24,000 nucleotides of DNA, taken from positions 1-24,000 of the forward strand of contig JAWAQK010000019.1 of assembly GCA_038893995.1 (NCBI GenBank). Direction: 5' to 3'. Numbering within the stretch: position 1 is the stretch's first letter; every line of letters starts with the position of its first letter. The translations under genes were made by a program, and so were the position numbers. A model generated the notes under the pieces. The model worked only from the letters and a program-made list of their open reading frames with translations. It was not told the origin of the DNA and did not search any database. Source of the DNA: Candidatus Thorarchaeota archaeon. Lineage in GTDB: Archaea; Asgardarchaeota; Thorarchaeia; Thorarchaeales; Thorarchaeaceae. Shown here one piece after another: positions 22,379-24,000 of this stretch.

Positions 22379-24000
22379 GAATTCTCAGGCTCGAGATCAA
22401 GAACTTCAAACCATACGAGGATCTCGTCCTACCAGAAGAGGGCGAGCTCCCAACGGGGCTCATACTCGTCAGTGGTCCCAACTCCACTGGAAAGTCCTCC
22501 CTGTTCGAAGCCATACTGTGGGCGCTCTGGGGGGCTGAATCGCTCGACCTCAAGAACGATGATCTTGTCAACTTCTCTTCCACATTCTGCCGAGTTGTAG
22601 TTGTCTTCGAAGTCGGTGGAGTCGTGTACAAGATTGACCGCAGCTATGACGCCGCACAGGGCCCTGCTGTTGTGCTCTACGAGAAGAGGGGATCCGACGT
22701 TGGCTGGAAGCGTATTGCAGAGAAGTCTCATACGGTCAAGAGGAGTGTTGAGGAGATCCTGGGCATCGAATGGACTCAGGCACGTAACACGCTACTCGTG
22801 AAACAGGGAGAGGTTGCGTCGATCGCCAGTGCTACCCCCTCTGACCTAAGAGACCTTCTGGTCAAGGTGTACAACATTGAAGTGTTGGAAACAATGACTA
22901 ACCACCTCGACAGTCTCGAGTCTGACCTGTCCGCACGACTAGACGAGATCAGTGCCAAGTATCGGCCTCCAGAGTCAGTCCAGGCACAGATAGATGATGC
23001 TCGTCGGAGGATCACGGGCCACGAGAAGGACCGTTCGAGAGCACAGGAGCAGCTAGAGAACTATCAGAAGGAGATGGCGCGGCTTCCCTCAGTCGAACTG
23101 CTATCGAGGGTGCGCGAGTTGGCTGAGGCCGAAAGGCGGGGCAAGCGCGACCTCGAACGACTGAATGAGCAGTTTGAGAGGCTCCTGAAGAGGGCAGGAA
23201 TCGTGGACTCATCTGAGAAGGTCATACGCGCCAGACGCGAGTATCTGGTCCAGGAAGAACAGCGTCTGAAGACGAAGATCGAGGAGGTCGATGAGGAGCG
23301 CGGGACAGTAGACCAGGAGATCGGATCGCTGGCAGGACTGGCTGGGGATCTGACCAAGAAGATCGATCTACTACGGTCTGTTGACACTACACAGCCAGAC
23401 GCAGTCGTGAGGTGTCCTACCTGCTCGAAGCCACTGACACCTGATGAATTGGAATCGATACTGTCTGATTACACACAGCGGCTGGAAGACTACAATGAGC
23501 GACATGACAGTCTCACACTGAAGAAACGTGAGCTGTCGGACACCTACTCGAAGTGCTCAGATCAACTGTCCATGGTAACCAAGGCACTTGAGGCGACCTT
23601 GGTGGTCCACGAACACTATGAGCAGGTGAGGGCGGCCAACGAATCATATAGAGAAACAGTGCAACAACTGAGCGAGGAACTTGCTAAGATCGGATTTGCG
23701 TCTCTGGACGATATGCTAAGGTCCTACAAGAAGCGCGACATTGGCGAGATCGTGGAGTACATCTCCGGACTGAACGACAAGTTGGAGCTCCTCAGAAACA
23801 GTATTGAGTCTGCGCAGGAGAAGATCGATCAGGAGAAGTCAGTCATCTCGCGGCTTGAAGCCGAGCTTGCACAGATGCGCAAGCTGAAGGCGCAGATGGA
23901 TGAACTCAAGAGACTTGATTCCCACTGCAAATATCTGCGTCTGAAGCTGGTCCGCGGATTCATAGCCGACCATATCTTCCAGAAACGTCTGATTGGAATA
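22375..24000 (+). CDS. rad50: Rad50 ATPase (SMC-like), 5' partial; the ORF continues past the right edge
   Basis: My own translation from TTG 22375 (overlaps the mre11 stop as TTGA) gives LRILRLEIKNFKPYEDL...LVSGPNSTGKSSLFEAILWALWG (Walker A). Long heptad-rich coiled coil follows, with the zinc hook CPTC at 23413-23424. The frame stays open to 24000. This ORF is absent from the supplied track because it has no stop in the window. Confidence 0.85.
   Translation, partial: MRILRLEIKNFKPYEDLVLPEEGELPTGLILVSGPNSTGKSSLFEAILWALWGAESLDLKNDDLVNFSSTFCRVVVVFEVGGVVYKIDRSYDAAQGPAVVLYEKRGSDVGWKRIAEKSHTVKRSVEEILGIEWTQARNTLLVKQGEVASIASATPSDLRDLLVKVYNIEVLETMTNHLDSLESDLSARLDEISAKYRPPESVQAQIDDARRRITGHEKDRSRAQEQLENYQKEMARLPSVELLSRVRELAEAERRGKRDLERLNEQFERLLKRAGIVDSSEKVIRARREYLVQEEQRLKTKIEEVDEERGTVDQEIGSLAGLAGDLTKKIDLLRSVDTTQPDAVVRCPTCSKPLTPDELESILSDYTQRLEDYNERHDSLTLKKRELSDTYSKCSDQLSMVTKALEATLVVHEHYEQVRAANESYRETVQQLSEELAKIGFASLDDMLRSYKKRDIGEIVEYISGLNDKLELLRNSIESAQEKIDQEKSVISRLEAELAQMRKLKAQMDELKRLDSHCKYLRLKLVRGFIADHIFQKRLIGI

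Overview
This window reads as a compact archaeal chromosomal segment, mostly housekeeping genes. The archaeal call rests on archaeal-size triosephosphate isomerase, an ArcS/RaSEA archaeosine pair, a nurA-herA-mre11-rad50 operon, intron-containing tRNAs and TATA-like boxes about 26 nt upstream of the tRNAs.

Left to right:
- 1-600: trailer end of a CRISPR array, with 8 identical 31-nt repeats plus one degenerate repeat. It runs off the left edge.
- 607-4459: parvulin PPIase (-), small RHH regulator, acidic hypothetical protein, tpiA, DUF89-type protein, NIF3-like protein (-).
- 4469-4971: about 500 nt of apparently non-coding DNA carrying perfect palindromes.
- 4972-6268: RHH/winged-helix regulator, then two near-identical tRNA-Arg genes (anticodons CCG and GCG), each with two introns, flanking a small SD-led ORF.
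- 6502-8880: M24 'pita-bread' protein, gamma-carbonic-anhydrase-like hexapeptide protein (-), thioredoxin (-).
- 9107-15221: large DEAD/DEAH helicase with an N-terminal zinc ribbon and a C-terminal DUF1998 Cys cluster, then ArcS, a RaSEA-like radical SAM protein, and a small hypothetical protein.
- 15278-17836: a minus-strand pair, a degenerate MBL-fold protein followed by a 594-aa cytoplasmic protein built from about five beta-sandwich repeats.
- 17856-24000: nurA-herA-mre11-rad50, with rad50 running off the right edge.

I found no clear-cut novel system. The best second-look candidates are:
1. The doubly-interrupted twin tRNA-Arg genes.
2. The MBL-like plus multi-beta-sandwich gene pair.
3. 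The long palindrome-bearing non-coding gap.
4. Three enzyme-fold proteins (NIF3, M24, MBL) whose canonical metal ligands appear to be replaced.
5. The zinc-ribbon-extended DUF1998 helicase next to the archaeosine genes.

All family assignments come from motif recognition by eye. No database search, HMM or covariance model was run.
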